Origin: Marsupella aquatica
Lineage: Eukaryota; Plantae; Marchantiophyta
Assembly (NCBI GenBank): GCA_973895155.1
Contig: OZ316891.1
Span: 9,735,875 to 9,799,874, forward strand
Reading direction: 5' to 3'
DNA: 64,000 nt
Positions 24,601 to 35,239 of the stretch are shown here, one piece after another. The number at the start of each line of letters is the position of its first letter. Position 1 is the stretch's first letter. A program made the position numbers and the translations under genes. Under the pieces are notes generated by a model, which was given only the letters and a program-made list of their open reading frames with translations, did not search any database and was not told the DNA's origin.

Positions 24601-25507
24601 GACAGAATGACTGTCATTAGGCGCCGATTAGCGGCAGTAGGAAGAATTAGGGCCGGTCAGTTAGGATCAGCCAACGTAGGATTGAGTCCATCAACAGACT
24701 AGAGTTGGTCAGTAGGCTTGGCCGCTGCCATTCCGGTTGGCACACTCGTAGTCGACGGTCAACCGGTCAGTGCAACGCGACCAGTAGTCAGCAGTTAGTT
24801 AGTCAGTAGGTAGTACCCCGGAAGGTAGTATCCTCCGGTTCTCTTCCGCTATGGTAGTATTTAGGCTTCCCCTTCCGCGATGGGAAGGGGGAGAAGGCTT
24901 AGTTATCTCAGCAGAAGAAAGGCGAGGCACGGGGAGTCCTGGCCTGAGTAGGGTCAGAGCGTACCAAGGAGTGAGAGCCAGAGTCGAGCTTGCTGGGCAA
25001 GTGCGAGGCAGGGCCTCGTAGAGACTGGGCATCAACTGCCATTGGGCCTGCTGACCCCCTTTGAAGTCGAGTCAACCATGTAAACTGATGCTTCGCTGAG
25101 TAAATGTAGTCTTTTCCCCCTAATGTTTTTGAGCGTAACTGGTGTTGTGTGTATGCTTTGTCCGGGCAAAGGCACCATTTTAAGGGACGTACCGGGTGCG
25201 GACTAATGGTAGGGATTGCCACTCATTGCATGTCACAAGGTCCTATCACGTCGATGGCTTGAAAAGCCCCAAGTCGGGAGTTAGTCCGCGTCACTAACTG
25301 AGGGAAAATTCCAGCGGTGGAAAATAAATATACCTATGACAAGTACGAATTATGCGAGTGTTATACCAGTAAGTATAGCGACTTAGCCCGACTTAGGGCT
25401 ATTGAAGGTCACTACACACCTCCTTGCCCGAACCCTCACCCCTACTGGTGGTCGAGGTCGCACCACGACACTAACCCGGATTTAAGGCCCAGGGTAGGGG
25501 TGCGACA
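21666..25507. mobile_element. Nested 3.84-kb TG...CA element with 5-bp TSD; probable Ty3/Gypsy-type solo LTR
   Basis: Begins tgtgacacggg and ends ggggtgcgaca. attat is duplicated at 21661-21665 and 25508-25512. No internal repeat of either end, and no PBS, RT or integrase seen. Confidence 0.8.
21960..24524 (+). pseudogene. Decayed long ORF inside the nested element: plant-transposon-type domain, Pro-rich linker and coiled coil
   Basis: ORFs 22665-23408, 23445-24113 and 24159-24524 share one frame, separated by single TGA/TAG codons. The frame extends upstream to ~22464 and joins ORF 22073-22465 through a frameshift. Motif ICEFISNFD...KVSGQTLSLTEHRLTQIFGLP. Confidence 0.7.
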
Positions 25508-25837
25508 ATTATTGTACCAAACGTTTTTTTATGTCGCACACGGTGTTGTCGCTACTGTGAAATTGAAATGTTTTAATTAGTTTATCCACTCACTTTTATT
25601 GCATGCCTTACATGTAAATTGTATCGATTGGCCTCCAATTATTGAACAATGCCATGCAATTGTCCGACACCTATCCATTGGAAATGACAGTATACCAATC
25701 ATTGTTGGACGACATGAGTGCTTGAGAATCACTCCATGCAAGACTGAAAAACTGAAACTGTAACGTACATTCTTACTCACAAACATTTTACATTTTACTG
25801 AGCACGTACCTTCATATCTGTTGCAGGTGTCAGGGAA

Positions 25838-28073
25838 ATGGCGCGAACAAAGAACCAGGTAAGTCTTCAATGTCTTCACATAGTAGTTACATTTACAATG
25901 TACATGATTGAATGATGATTGCAGGATTAGGGTACTATTTGCGCTCATTTACAATATTCATGCAGGTTACTATTCTCCCATGCCTCTAATTAAGTGTCAA
26001 ACTTGCCTCAGTTTAGAGTTAGTTCAGAATGTTCTCTGTTGTTGCCCCATTATGTAACTCACTCTGTAACTCACTCTGTCATGGGTTTGTGTATTGTCAG
26101 GCTGCTAATCAAAGATTGGCTATGTGGAAGTCTCACACTCCGACCTCCCAGCCAACTGTCATGCACAGTCCCAAGTTAAATGTCCCCACCATGCCTGAAC
26201 CAACCCCTCCGGTTCTTGCTCTACCACCACCGCCCGCCCGTGAGGAAGCTTCATCTCAACCGCCCCCTATTCCTAGTGATGCACAGTGTTTGCTGACTCC
26301 CGTCCTGGCTCTACCAGCTCCATCAGCCTATGTCCCCAAGATTGTCAAGCCCCAATTGGCAATTGAAAGTGGCCCTGTTGTGCATACAATTTTAGCGCAA
26401 ACCCATGCCACTGAAGACGACGATGTGGTCATGACGGCAGTATTGCCAGGTCCCTCCATCGGTGTGGTCCCTCCGACTACCGGGAAAAAGAGAAAATCCA
26501 ACGCTGGTAAAGCAAACTTGAACACTCACACCAGGTTCACTCCACGAGCAGCAAAGGTTGGGATTCAGTATAGAGAGCACACCAGGATTGCGTCACAAGA
26601 ACCAAAGGTGCCGCGTCAATCCAGCCAACATTCAGGTTGTGGGTTGGTCAGTGAAGAACCAGACCCAAAGACAAGCATCCGCAAAGAGCGGAAGTGTCAA
26701 GTGGACACACATTCTTCCCAAATTAAGAATGTGCCAAAGCTTGCAAAGTTCTGCAGATGTGCAGCTTTACCCGAGCCATGTGCACACTGCAAACTGGTAA
26801 GAACTATTCGTGCTCCAAGTCCCTCTGCAGGTACATATATGGTGTATTTCATTCTTGAGTTATACATGGCGCTCATGTCACAAATATTCTGCCCAATTGT
26901 GAACAGGAGTCAGACATAAGAAGCCACGTCAAGGAGGGAGTTCATTTTTCTGTTTATGGGGCCGGTGCTGTTTGTAAGATGTTGCCATGCAAGAACATGG
27001 TTTTCAAAACCCAACGCACGTATGGGTGCCATGTTTTCAAGAAGCATGGCCTCATCAGCAAGGGAACCCCACCATCGTTGTACACAAATGACCCAGTTGC
27101 TCAACGGCAACGTGAAGCGCGGAACGCTGCTCGAAGGAAACAGCCTGGAGCTACAGCATCACCAAATTACGTGAATGTGAGGGGGACGTTGCGACAGCGA
27201 TGGAGCATGGCAAAGAGATGGGTGAAGTGAGTTCCTCACTGAATCATTGCTCTTCACATTGTGCAAGTCCTGCTCTTTTCTTGAACTGACTAGCTGTAAC
27301 AAAATTGTTATGTTGTTGTAGGTCAACTACTCAATGCAAGTTTGTCACTAGATTTGAGGAAAACCGAGCACGAACTCCACAACCACCAGTTGAATCTGAA
27401 ACTATATTCATAATTTTCTTCAAGTACTTCATGCCTAAACCTGGCTTCCACGCATGGGATAGTCTCATAAGTGACCGCGATTGGGCTTGCCTGCAGGCAT
27501 TGCTTCGACAATGCCCAGCCACATCGTACGTTTGTTCATGGGTGGAGCAAGCCCAAACTGACATTCGCGATGGTGCATATGCACATTTGGATGACTCTGA
27601 CATTCAGCGCCTCACCAGAACTGCTTCAGTGTTGTCAACTTTCTTTGAGCCACTTGGTGGGTCGTTTGAAGCCATCGAAGTCCATGATGCCATGGCAGCG
27701 CAACGCAGAATGCTTTGTGAAGATGCCCTACAGTGGATGCAGCAAAAACGAGACAACCTATTGTGGGATGAGGAGCATGGATGGCCACGGTATCAGATTC
27801 TGGGTGATAACGAGTACAAGCAATGGAAGGCCATGCGCAAACAAAAGGCAATTAACACTTATAAGCCAAACATTGTGGCATTGTACAAGAAAGTTAACGG
27901 ATGCACAGAAGCAGAAGCTATGAAGCAGGTATGGGTTTATTTACTCACCCTACCTCGGTTGGTCTTATTATTACATGTACCTTCTTCCCACAATAACATG
28001 TGCCACCTGGGATGTACAGGTGGAATTGGAATCAGCTTGGACGGACACATCAGACGAGGACCAGATTTCATAG
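25838..28073 (+). CDS. MULE accessory gene (5 exons, ~565 aa): H3-like N-terminus MARTKNQ, Pro-rich region, CxC..CxxC cluster and C2H2-like zinc finger
   Basis: Exons 25838-25858, 26101-26796, 26907-27226, 27322-27928 and 28020-28073 all have GT-AG boundaries with matching phases (0,0,2,0). Motifs CRC....PCAHC and CKMLPC...F....YGCHVFKKH. An acidic tail with 33-bp repeats probably once extended to 28536. Confidence 0.7.
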
Positions 28074-28243
28074 TCTGATGCTGAGGAGAAGGATTCACAA
28101 CTTTGCCTTGATGCAGATGCCGACGACATGTTTGGACATGTACAACCCATTCTCGACATTGTTTTGGACACGCCCGATGCCGTAGTGGGACATGTGTCAC
28201 CCAATGAGTTCAATGAACCAAGTCCTTTGGTGGAACCATTTGG

Positions 28244-28378
28244 ACTCTAATATGGCAGTGCCCCAAGTGGAATCAGAGTCTGACATAGCAGTGCCCCAAG
28301 TTGAATCAGAGTCTGACATAGCAGTGCCCCTTTGTGAACCAGAATCTAATATACCGGTGCCCACAGTGGAACCCGACT
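28244..28378 (+). repeat. 33-bp coding tandem repeat (~4 units, SDIAVPQVESE)
   Basis: gcagtgccccaagt(g/t)gaatcagagtctgacata is repeated, followed by two degenerate copies. Confidence 0.8.
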
Positions 28379-29131
28379 CACCTGAGGGGAATTCCAGGTG
28401 GGCTCATCCGTTGTTGGATCCACTTCCACGTAGTGCCCCTGAGTCACTCGTGGAAATCTTGGAACGAATTACATCAGCGTCAACAAAGTGCGCCGATGTT
28501 CAGAAATTGTTGGACACCTTGGACACTCCTAAGTGAGCCAGTTTTCTGAGGCATTGAGATTAGGCCCATTTTTTGCCCACAAGATACATATTATATGAAC
28601 GTCTTGGGGGGCTATCGGCACTACCTGAAGTTCACTTAAGCTTTTCCCATGCATTTTAGTGTAAGACTCAGGTTGTAATTAGTTCTGTAGCGGGCCATAG
28701 ATTTTGGTGGAGGAATGACGGTTGCCCTTCACCATATAGTACAACACATGCAATTCAGCCCCACGAGGCTTGTTGGTCCCGTGCCTGTAAGTTTGCGTGC
28801 ATAAATATAATACAAGTTTGCATTACTCAGACTCAACTTGTACACATTGGAATGAAATTTTGCCCCGCTATTTTATGATTTGTACATATATATCTCATTG
28901 CAACTACGGTGAAAGGTGGAATTAATAGTGCAGTGGGTTCTGACTGGAAAATGTAAACTTGTGACTCCAGTTGTGCGTGTTTCACGAATGCGCTATGATA
29001 TGGACATGTACTCTCTGCGTGAATTAAAAATGCATTCGAATAGTGACTGGATGCCAAAGACATTGAAGCAAAGCGAACCAATGAAACTTTTTACTTATTG
29101 GCAGAGTGAAGTGGTCATACTGGTCATATAT

Positions 29132-32100
29132 CTAGTCGTCCTTAATGGACACTACAGTTTGACTGACTTCGGCTGGTGTCCAAACGGTGGACGACACTCC
29201 TGCAGAAAAAGCCCGTAAAATTTGATCAAAATTGGGTGACATTGCCCAGGCTTGGCTTGAACCTAATTGTATATTTCCAATAATCCCCATTGTTGTCTGG
29301 CTTAGAGGGGCGTTAAGCACGCATGATTGTGAGGCATGTGTGAGAACATCTTGTAGTGGGAATGGAGCGCATGCTCGACTTTTGTTGTTCCTCCCGGCCT
29401 TGGCAGTTGTGGGGGCGATTGTTTTGTGTGTGCGCTTAGTCTGTGCGCTGGAATTGACTTTATGTCCGTCGGTGCGATCTGTCAAAGCATGGCACATGTC
29501 TGCCAGCGCGTCTATGGACTCCTTCTCGAATTTGGTCTGGAATGACACTGGTTTCTCCTTTCTCTTGGCGTGGACTTTGTCAGGTGCATTTGCTCCAGAC
29601 ACTAAATTTTGCAAATCTCCCTCTGGGTATGGAGCCTGGTTCTCTTTGTTGTTCTTGTCATTGCACCCATCAATTTGTCAACCCAGCCTCGTTTCCTGAC
29701 GATACTTCTGTCAGTACCTTCGCCTGGAGTGAGTCATGGCCCAACTGTCTCTCTAGCTTTCCTACATTTGTTGTGCCTCCCTCTTGAGAATGGATTCCAC
29801 CCAGTGTTTCAAGTCAGCCAAAGCTTGCTTAGCCAGGGTTGGGTGGTATGAGATGGAGTCATAGCAAGCCCTTACGACTACTTGGAACTCCTTGAAAGGC
29901 GGTGATACTTCGATATCCTGCGTGACATCCGGGGATCCTGCCTCCCAAATATCCTCATTGTCGTATGTGAGAGTGATATTGCCTACCTCCGTGGGCAATG
30001 TTGGATTATCTCCTTTGCTGACATTGAAGTGGTGGTCTAGGCTGCCTGAAAAAGAGCCAAATTTTGTTCCCAGCTGATGCAGAATTTCCAACTCAGACAT
30101 CTTCTGTGTAAGCAACAGAACTTTGATCTGCACATGAAACCCGAGATCCCATCGCGGATGAGAATGTGCATGGAAAGGGTGAGAAGACCAGAAGCGTGTT
30201 GTAAGTAACCAACTTATTGATTGCTACTGTATCTTACCTGATGTTTGCATGCATTTCCCTGCAGTGAGAACCTGCATGTACATGAGCAGGTGTCCTTGTC
30301 CCAGTCTATGACTACATGTTCTTTGGGTCCCACACCATAATTCTTTGATGACGTGCTCCGAACTGAGGCGCAAGAGGCCAAACCACAATGAAAAGTGGTG
30401 ACGTAGTCATCTGGGATACCCTTAGCGCGCTGTAGGGACTTGTGCACATGCCCTTAAATGGTCCTGTTCCTAATGCGGCCTTGGAATTTATCAGCACAGA
30501 TGCACCAATAGTGGTTCTCAAGCACTCTTAGTCGCCCAAGTAGCCAAGGTATGGAGCGACCTGTAATACTGTACCGACCCGCCTTCAACTCCATCTTTAG
30601 AGTGTGATGCCAGCGCTCAATACCCCCATTTGTGTTCTGGTTGGCGTGATTGTAAGCTCGTAACTTCACTGCCCAACTACACACTTTGTTGTGCCATTCT
30701 CGTTTGTAATAAACGACAAATCCTGGTTGTGTGTTTCTCCATCGATCCATGAAGGCTTCAGACTCTTCACTCAAATCTGCAGGGAACATTATGCTGTCGT
30801 TAGGTAGACAGCCATATAGACTGAGTTATAGACTTCAGGACTTGTTTGAAATGATTGTCACATGGAGGAAGAAATAATTGAGCTCACCTAGCCCGTTTGA
30901 ATACATGATAGCCCCTAAATCAGCATTAATCTGGGCTTTCGCAAATGGGCAAAAGACTTTCGAGATGATGTTCTTTGTCCAGGCCCTTCGAACGTGCCAA
31001 ATGCAAAAAGTAATATGCACGTCTAGGAATACCTGCCTGAATGAATGAACTCAAGAAGAACACATTTGATTAATTACCATGCATGTGGCAGTTTTTGTTG
31101 AGGTGCAGCGGAATTCATCACGAAAGGCTTTTGTTACACAGACAATAAGCGGGATAATATACCTGATTGCTACGTGCTCCTCATCAGCTACGTCAATTAT
31201 CCAACAGGTTGGCGTCCAAGGGAGGGTGAGATTCATTTCAGCCCTCCTGGCATTGACACGATCCTTCAGGGCATTCAAAGCTCGGCTAACATGCACAGCT
31301 TTGTACGTTTGCATCAGCGCAAAAGCAACGGGAATGGCATTCTGGAATTTGTCAAAGACAACCACCGTGTAAAAAGGAAACTGCAAAACAGAAAATCCCA
31401 CCAAAACCCCCGAATTATCAGGTGGATTCAGAGTGTCATACACGACTGCAGCAAGGTATGTGAATCTTACTTGATAGATGGTTATGCCTTACCCCGAGGT
31501 GATTCGTGCCAAACATGGCATCAAATGCTACTGGCCCCTCATGCCCAAGTTGGGCTAGCTTCTTTTGTTGCCAAGGAGACGACCACACGAGAATGAAAGG
31601 CTGGTTGTCTGCTTTCACCTGAGGCTGATACAACAGAACTTGCTCTTCATTCTGAAGGACCCAGAGTTTTGTGGCTTGTGCTTTGTCCGAGCAATAGTCG
31701 GGTTCACACCGTCGCATACAATCCCGCATAGTTTGCACATCCTTAGGAGTGAGCTGCATGTCTCTGGACATGATGACATCAGCATCCTCATCCGGGTGCT
31801 CCTTACGCCACCTAGTCAGAATTTCCTCTAGATGTGCATCCACAATTGCCCTGGCAGTCAAGCCTGCCCTCAGGTATCGTTCAATTTTGGTCCTCAGCTT
31901 CAACGAGATTCTTGGAGCAATATATATGTGCATTTGATTCAAAGGCTGTGGGGTCTTTCAGGCCATGGCAAATCTTACCACGCCTATCCAAGTGATCTTT
32001 TCGGATCCACTTGATCAATACAGCCCCAGGTCGATCCTCATATTTTGTGGAGGTAAATGAACATCTGCAGCCACGACGTACAGACATTCCTGCATGATGA

Positions 32101-32706
32101 GATCCAAGTTGAAGGTGAGTGACAGTTTCTTACTCGACTTCAAAACAGCAAAAGGTAGTAATCCCAATGCAAACATTGTAATTCTGAGCCCAGAAATAGA
32201 GGTTCACCTATTAATGTTTTCTTCTTGAGAAAGATCCTTGCTTCATGGCATTTGAGTTTGTCTGGTACCTTGGTTGATTTCCAGCCTCGATAATCCTCAA
32301 GCCCATAACAGCAGCAATATAACGTAGTTGTCTTGACCAATGGACCTATCTTATAGATGCGGCTCTCTACCATCTGTCGGGTAGTGAATTGTGTATGGAA
32401 GTAGTCCCACATATTCTCAACCCAAATGAAATCTTTCAGTCTTCCCTCTGGAATCCAAGCATAATCAAATTTTGAACCAAACCATTCAAGAGCAGTAAGT
32501 TCGAATTCACCAGGGCGCGGATTCTGTATTTTATCACATCTCAAATATTCAGAGTGGCTTTTGCGCATGGGTGGAGTAACTGGTGGCACACACTCATTGT
32601 TAACCTCATGGATAGTAAGGCCACGTAAATGCTCCAACACAACATCCAATGCATCTGGTTGCGCAAATTCCTCTCTGGAAATGTGCAGCTCCTCACTGGC
32701 GTCCAT
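29132..32706 (-). pseudogene. MULE (MuDRA-type) DDE transposase with SWIM finger, disrupted
   Basis: Spliced exons carry VAFDAMFGTN (D1), WIIDVADEE (D2), CIWHVRRAW (CxxH), TNGGIERWH (E) and CSCTCRFSLQGNACKH (SWIM). Frameshift near 31920-31930 and in-frame stops at 30454-30456 and 29762-29764. Confidence 0.92.
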
Positions 32707-33045
32707 TATGTGTATATGTTGTATGTTTGTCCTCGCATCCCTTGAGATCCTCTATTGTTCAAAAGGATCGCACATTGGCAAACGCTGGCGCTCCTTCACA
32801 CAACCAAGTGTGAGTGTTCAGAAGTTAGCACGCTGCTACCACGCGCCTCATTCATTTTGGCAGATTGCACGACATTCCTGATCATTCGTGAGTACACACT
32901 GTTGTGGCAGAGAATGAGAATGTAATAGAATGTGCAGAGTGCCTTCCAACATTCCCTCTTGGACTCGACACATGCCAGACCCCGTCCCGCTCAATTAGAA
33001 ACAATATTCCACATTTGAATGCGTACATAATGGATTTAGGTGCAT

Positions 33046-33363
33046 TACCCTCCAGTATGTAATTTGCTCATACTGGACGCCCGATACATTGTCGGGCATA
33101 AGAAGGGACGCAACCCGAGAGGTGCGGTTTACAGCCGGTGCGGGCCCGAGAGGGTTCCCAGATGAATAGGGACAGGGCAGTGGTAGTTTTGGGGACAGGT
33201 ACGTGCGGGAGTTCAATGGTCCATAAGGGACACGCTGCCCGATTTCAGTACGGACTGCCCAAAACAGGAAACGGATGTAAGCGTGGCAGTGTCGAGTGTA
33301 ATACCCTGTAAACCCTCCCTCTCGCCTCATTAATGTGCATCGATATTTGGAATCGTGCTGAAT
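33046..33363 (-). repeat. Right TIR of the MULE
   Basis: ccctccagtatgtaatttgctcatactgg...gatatttggaatcgtgctgaat. Confidence 0.95.
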
Positions 33364-34036
33364 CGAGAAAGGTCTTGACCCGCATTCCATTAAAGATCAT
33401 CATTGAACAAAGTACTTATTAGGTTATCATCATCTTGTTCACTATTTTAAACGAAGCCCCACCGGCGCAACATCATCCCTGTAAAGCACCGAGGAGCGGC
33501 ATCAGCATACACAGCACACCTACTCTGCCTATGCGCATCGCCAGTGGTTCTCCGGAGTATCCGGAGTTGTGTTTGTTTGTCATTTGTATTGGTCGTCCTT
33601 TGCTTCTTCGGCTTCTGTTCAGACAGTCGTATCGTCTTGATTGTTGTCTTCATGCCCGCACCCCCCCTGTATTCCGGTACGCTCGTGTAAATCATGCATC
33701 TCATGAGCGTGTGGGTGCTTCCTATGGGTATAACTGGTTGTTGCCTCCCTTTGATTGGGTCTTTTGCGTGTGAGATCATGTCTCTTGCCTTTCAATTTTT
33801 GGTACCAAATACTTGATTGGGTATACATATAATGGTGAGGAAAATACTTGATTGGACCCTGGAGGGAAGAAAAACCTCATGTCTATTGGTTGAAAGCGTT
33901 TTAATTTTTGGCAGAGTAGTATATAATGGTGAGAAAAAGACTTGATTGGGCCATCCTAAAGACTTGATTGGGCCATCCAAGGAATAAAAACCTGTGAATC
34001 TTTTTATGTTTCTTGGCTGTGTGATATATTTTATAA

Positions 34037-34606
34037 CAGTTTTTTATTAACCTGTCCCCCAAATCACCCAAATTTACTGACGTGCCCCTGAAACATATTT
34101 ATTTATCACCTTGACCCCCATTTTGTATGTGGGTTAACTTTTAACTCACGATCGGGTTTAGGGTGCAACATGGTGACTCGCTATAGGCTGAGCTTAACTC
34201 GCCGGGCTCTCCTTTATCCCCCCTTCCCTTCTCCCTGCCCGACACCATTGCAGGCCCGGGAGGACTTAAAATGCGACCCCACTAAAGAGTCGCCCTTCCA
34301 TGCCGTCCCAAAAATGACTCGTTGCCTCTCGAGGATCACTTGTGGAGGGGCGACCAGTTTTCGGGAGGGACGACCGGGAGGGGGAAGGCCTGCGATGGTG
34401 TTGGGCAGGGGTGAAGGGAAGGGGGGTAAAGGAAGGCCCGGCGAGTTAAGCTCGGCCTATGGCGACTCACCATGTTACACCCTAAACCCAATAGTGAGTT
34501 AAAAGTTAACCCAGATACGAAATGGGGGGCAAGGTGATAAATAAATTTGTTTTGGGGGCACGTCAGTAAATTAGGATGATTTGGGGGACAGGTTAGTAAA
34601 AAGCTG
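34037..34606. mobile_element. Foldback Mutator-type MITE, 570 bp, long TIRs (~200 bp), 10-bp TSD
   Basis: cagttttttattaacctgtcccccaaatc... is the inverse of ...gatttgggggacaggttagtaaaaagctg. tattttataa occurs at 34027-34036 and 34607-34616. Confidence 0.9.
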
Positions 34607-35239
34607 TATTTTATAATGGCAAGAAACTACTTGATTGGGCTTTACACTAAGTGATTCCTGAGGGTTGCAATTTGTACACTTGGAATGATAGCACACTCGT
34701 TTTTTACACAAACACTGCCCAATTTCAAGAGATATAGGGCCAGTAGAGAAGGGTTACACACAACGCCCTGCATGTGTGTGTGTGTGTGCAACCCAACCCC
34801 CAATGCAAGGATTTTGATGTGAGAATTGGCTTCATTTTTGGGCGGCTGCCAAAAATTGTGTCTAATGACAGATGGTCTACCATACTCTTGCTACCCAACA
34901 CTTGCAATTTCCCATCCTTCCTGCATCTAATCCTACTACTTGGTGTACACGTTGCAATACAAAGGTTTTGGAAGAGATATTCTAATGCATTTGGAGTTGT
35001 CCCATCTCTTAGCATGATTGTTTCGAATTGGATCCAATCGAGGATCCAATTAATAAAGTATGAGAATTGCTTCACTTGCTAGTGGATCACTGGTCAATTT
35101 AACTCTCTTGCTCACATGTTTTTGGCTGAGCGATTACCTTATGAATGGGATGTGCCTCACAAGCTCTAGGCTTGGCCCTAGCCCATTCTCAGGGCCACAA
35201 CAAGATATGGATTTTGTTGTTGATAATGAGGGTGATGCA

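Larger units (their letters stand above)
20029..33363. mobile_element. Large Mutator-like element (MULE), 13.3 kb, with ~315-bp TIRs and 8-bp TSD
   Basis: 20029-~20341 is the reverse complement of ~33046-33363, with a few mismatches and small indels. cgagaaag is duplicated at 20021-20028 and 33364-33371. Encodes a MULE DDE/SWIM transposase. Confidence 0.95.

Noticed and set aside
21666-25507. Complete LTR retrotransposon or retrozyme
   Set aside because: No paired LTRs, PBS, gag/RT/integrase motifs or recognisable hammerhead core found by eye.
25838-26200. True histone H3 or CENH3 gene
   Set aside because: Similarity is limited to short tail motifs; no histone-fold sequence (e.g. RYRPGT, LLIRKLPF) follows.
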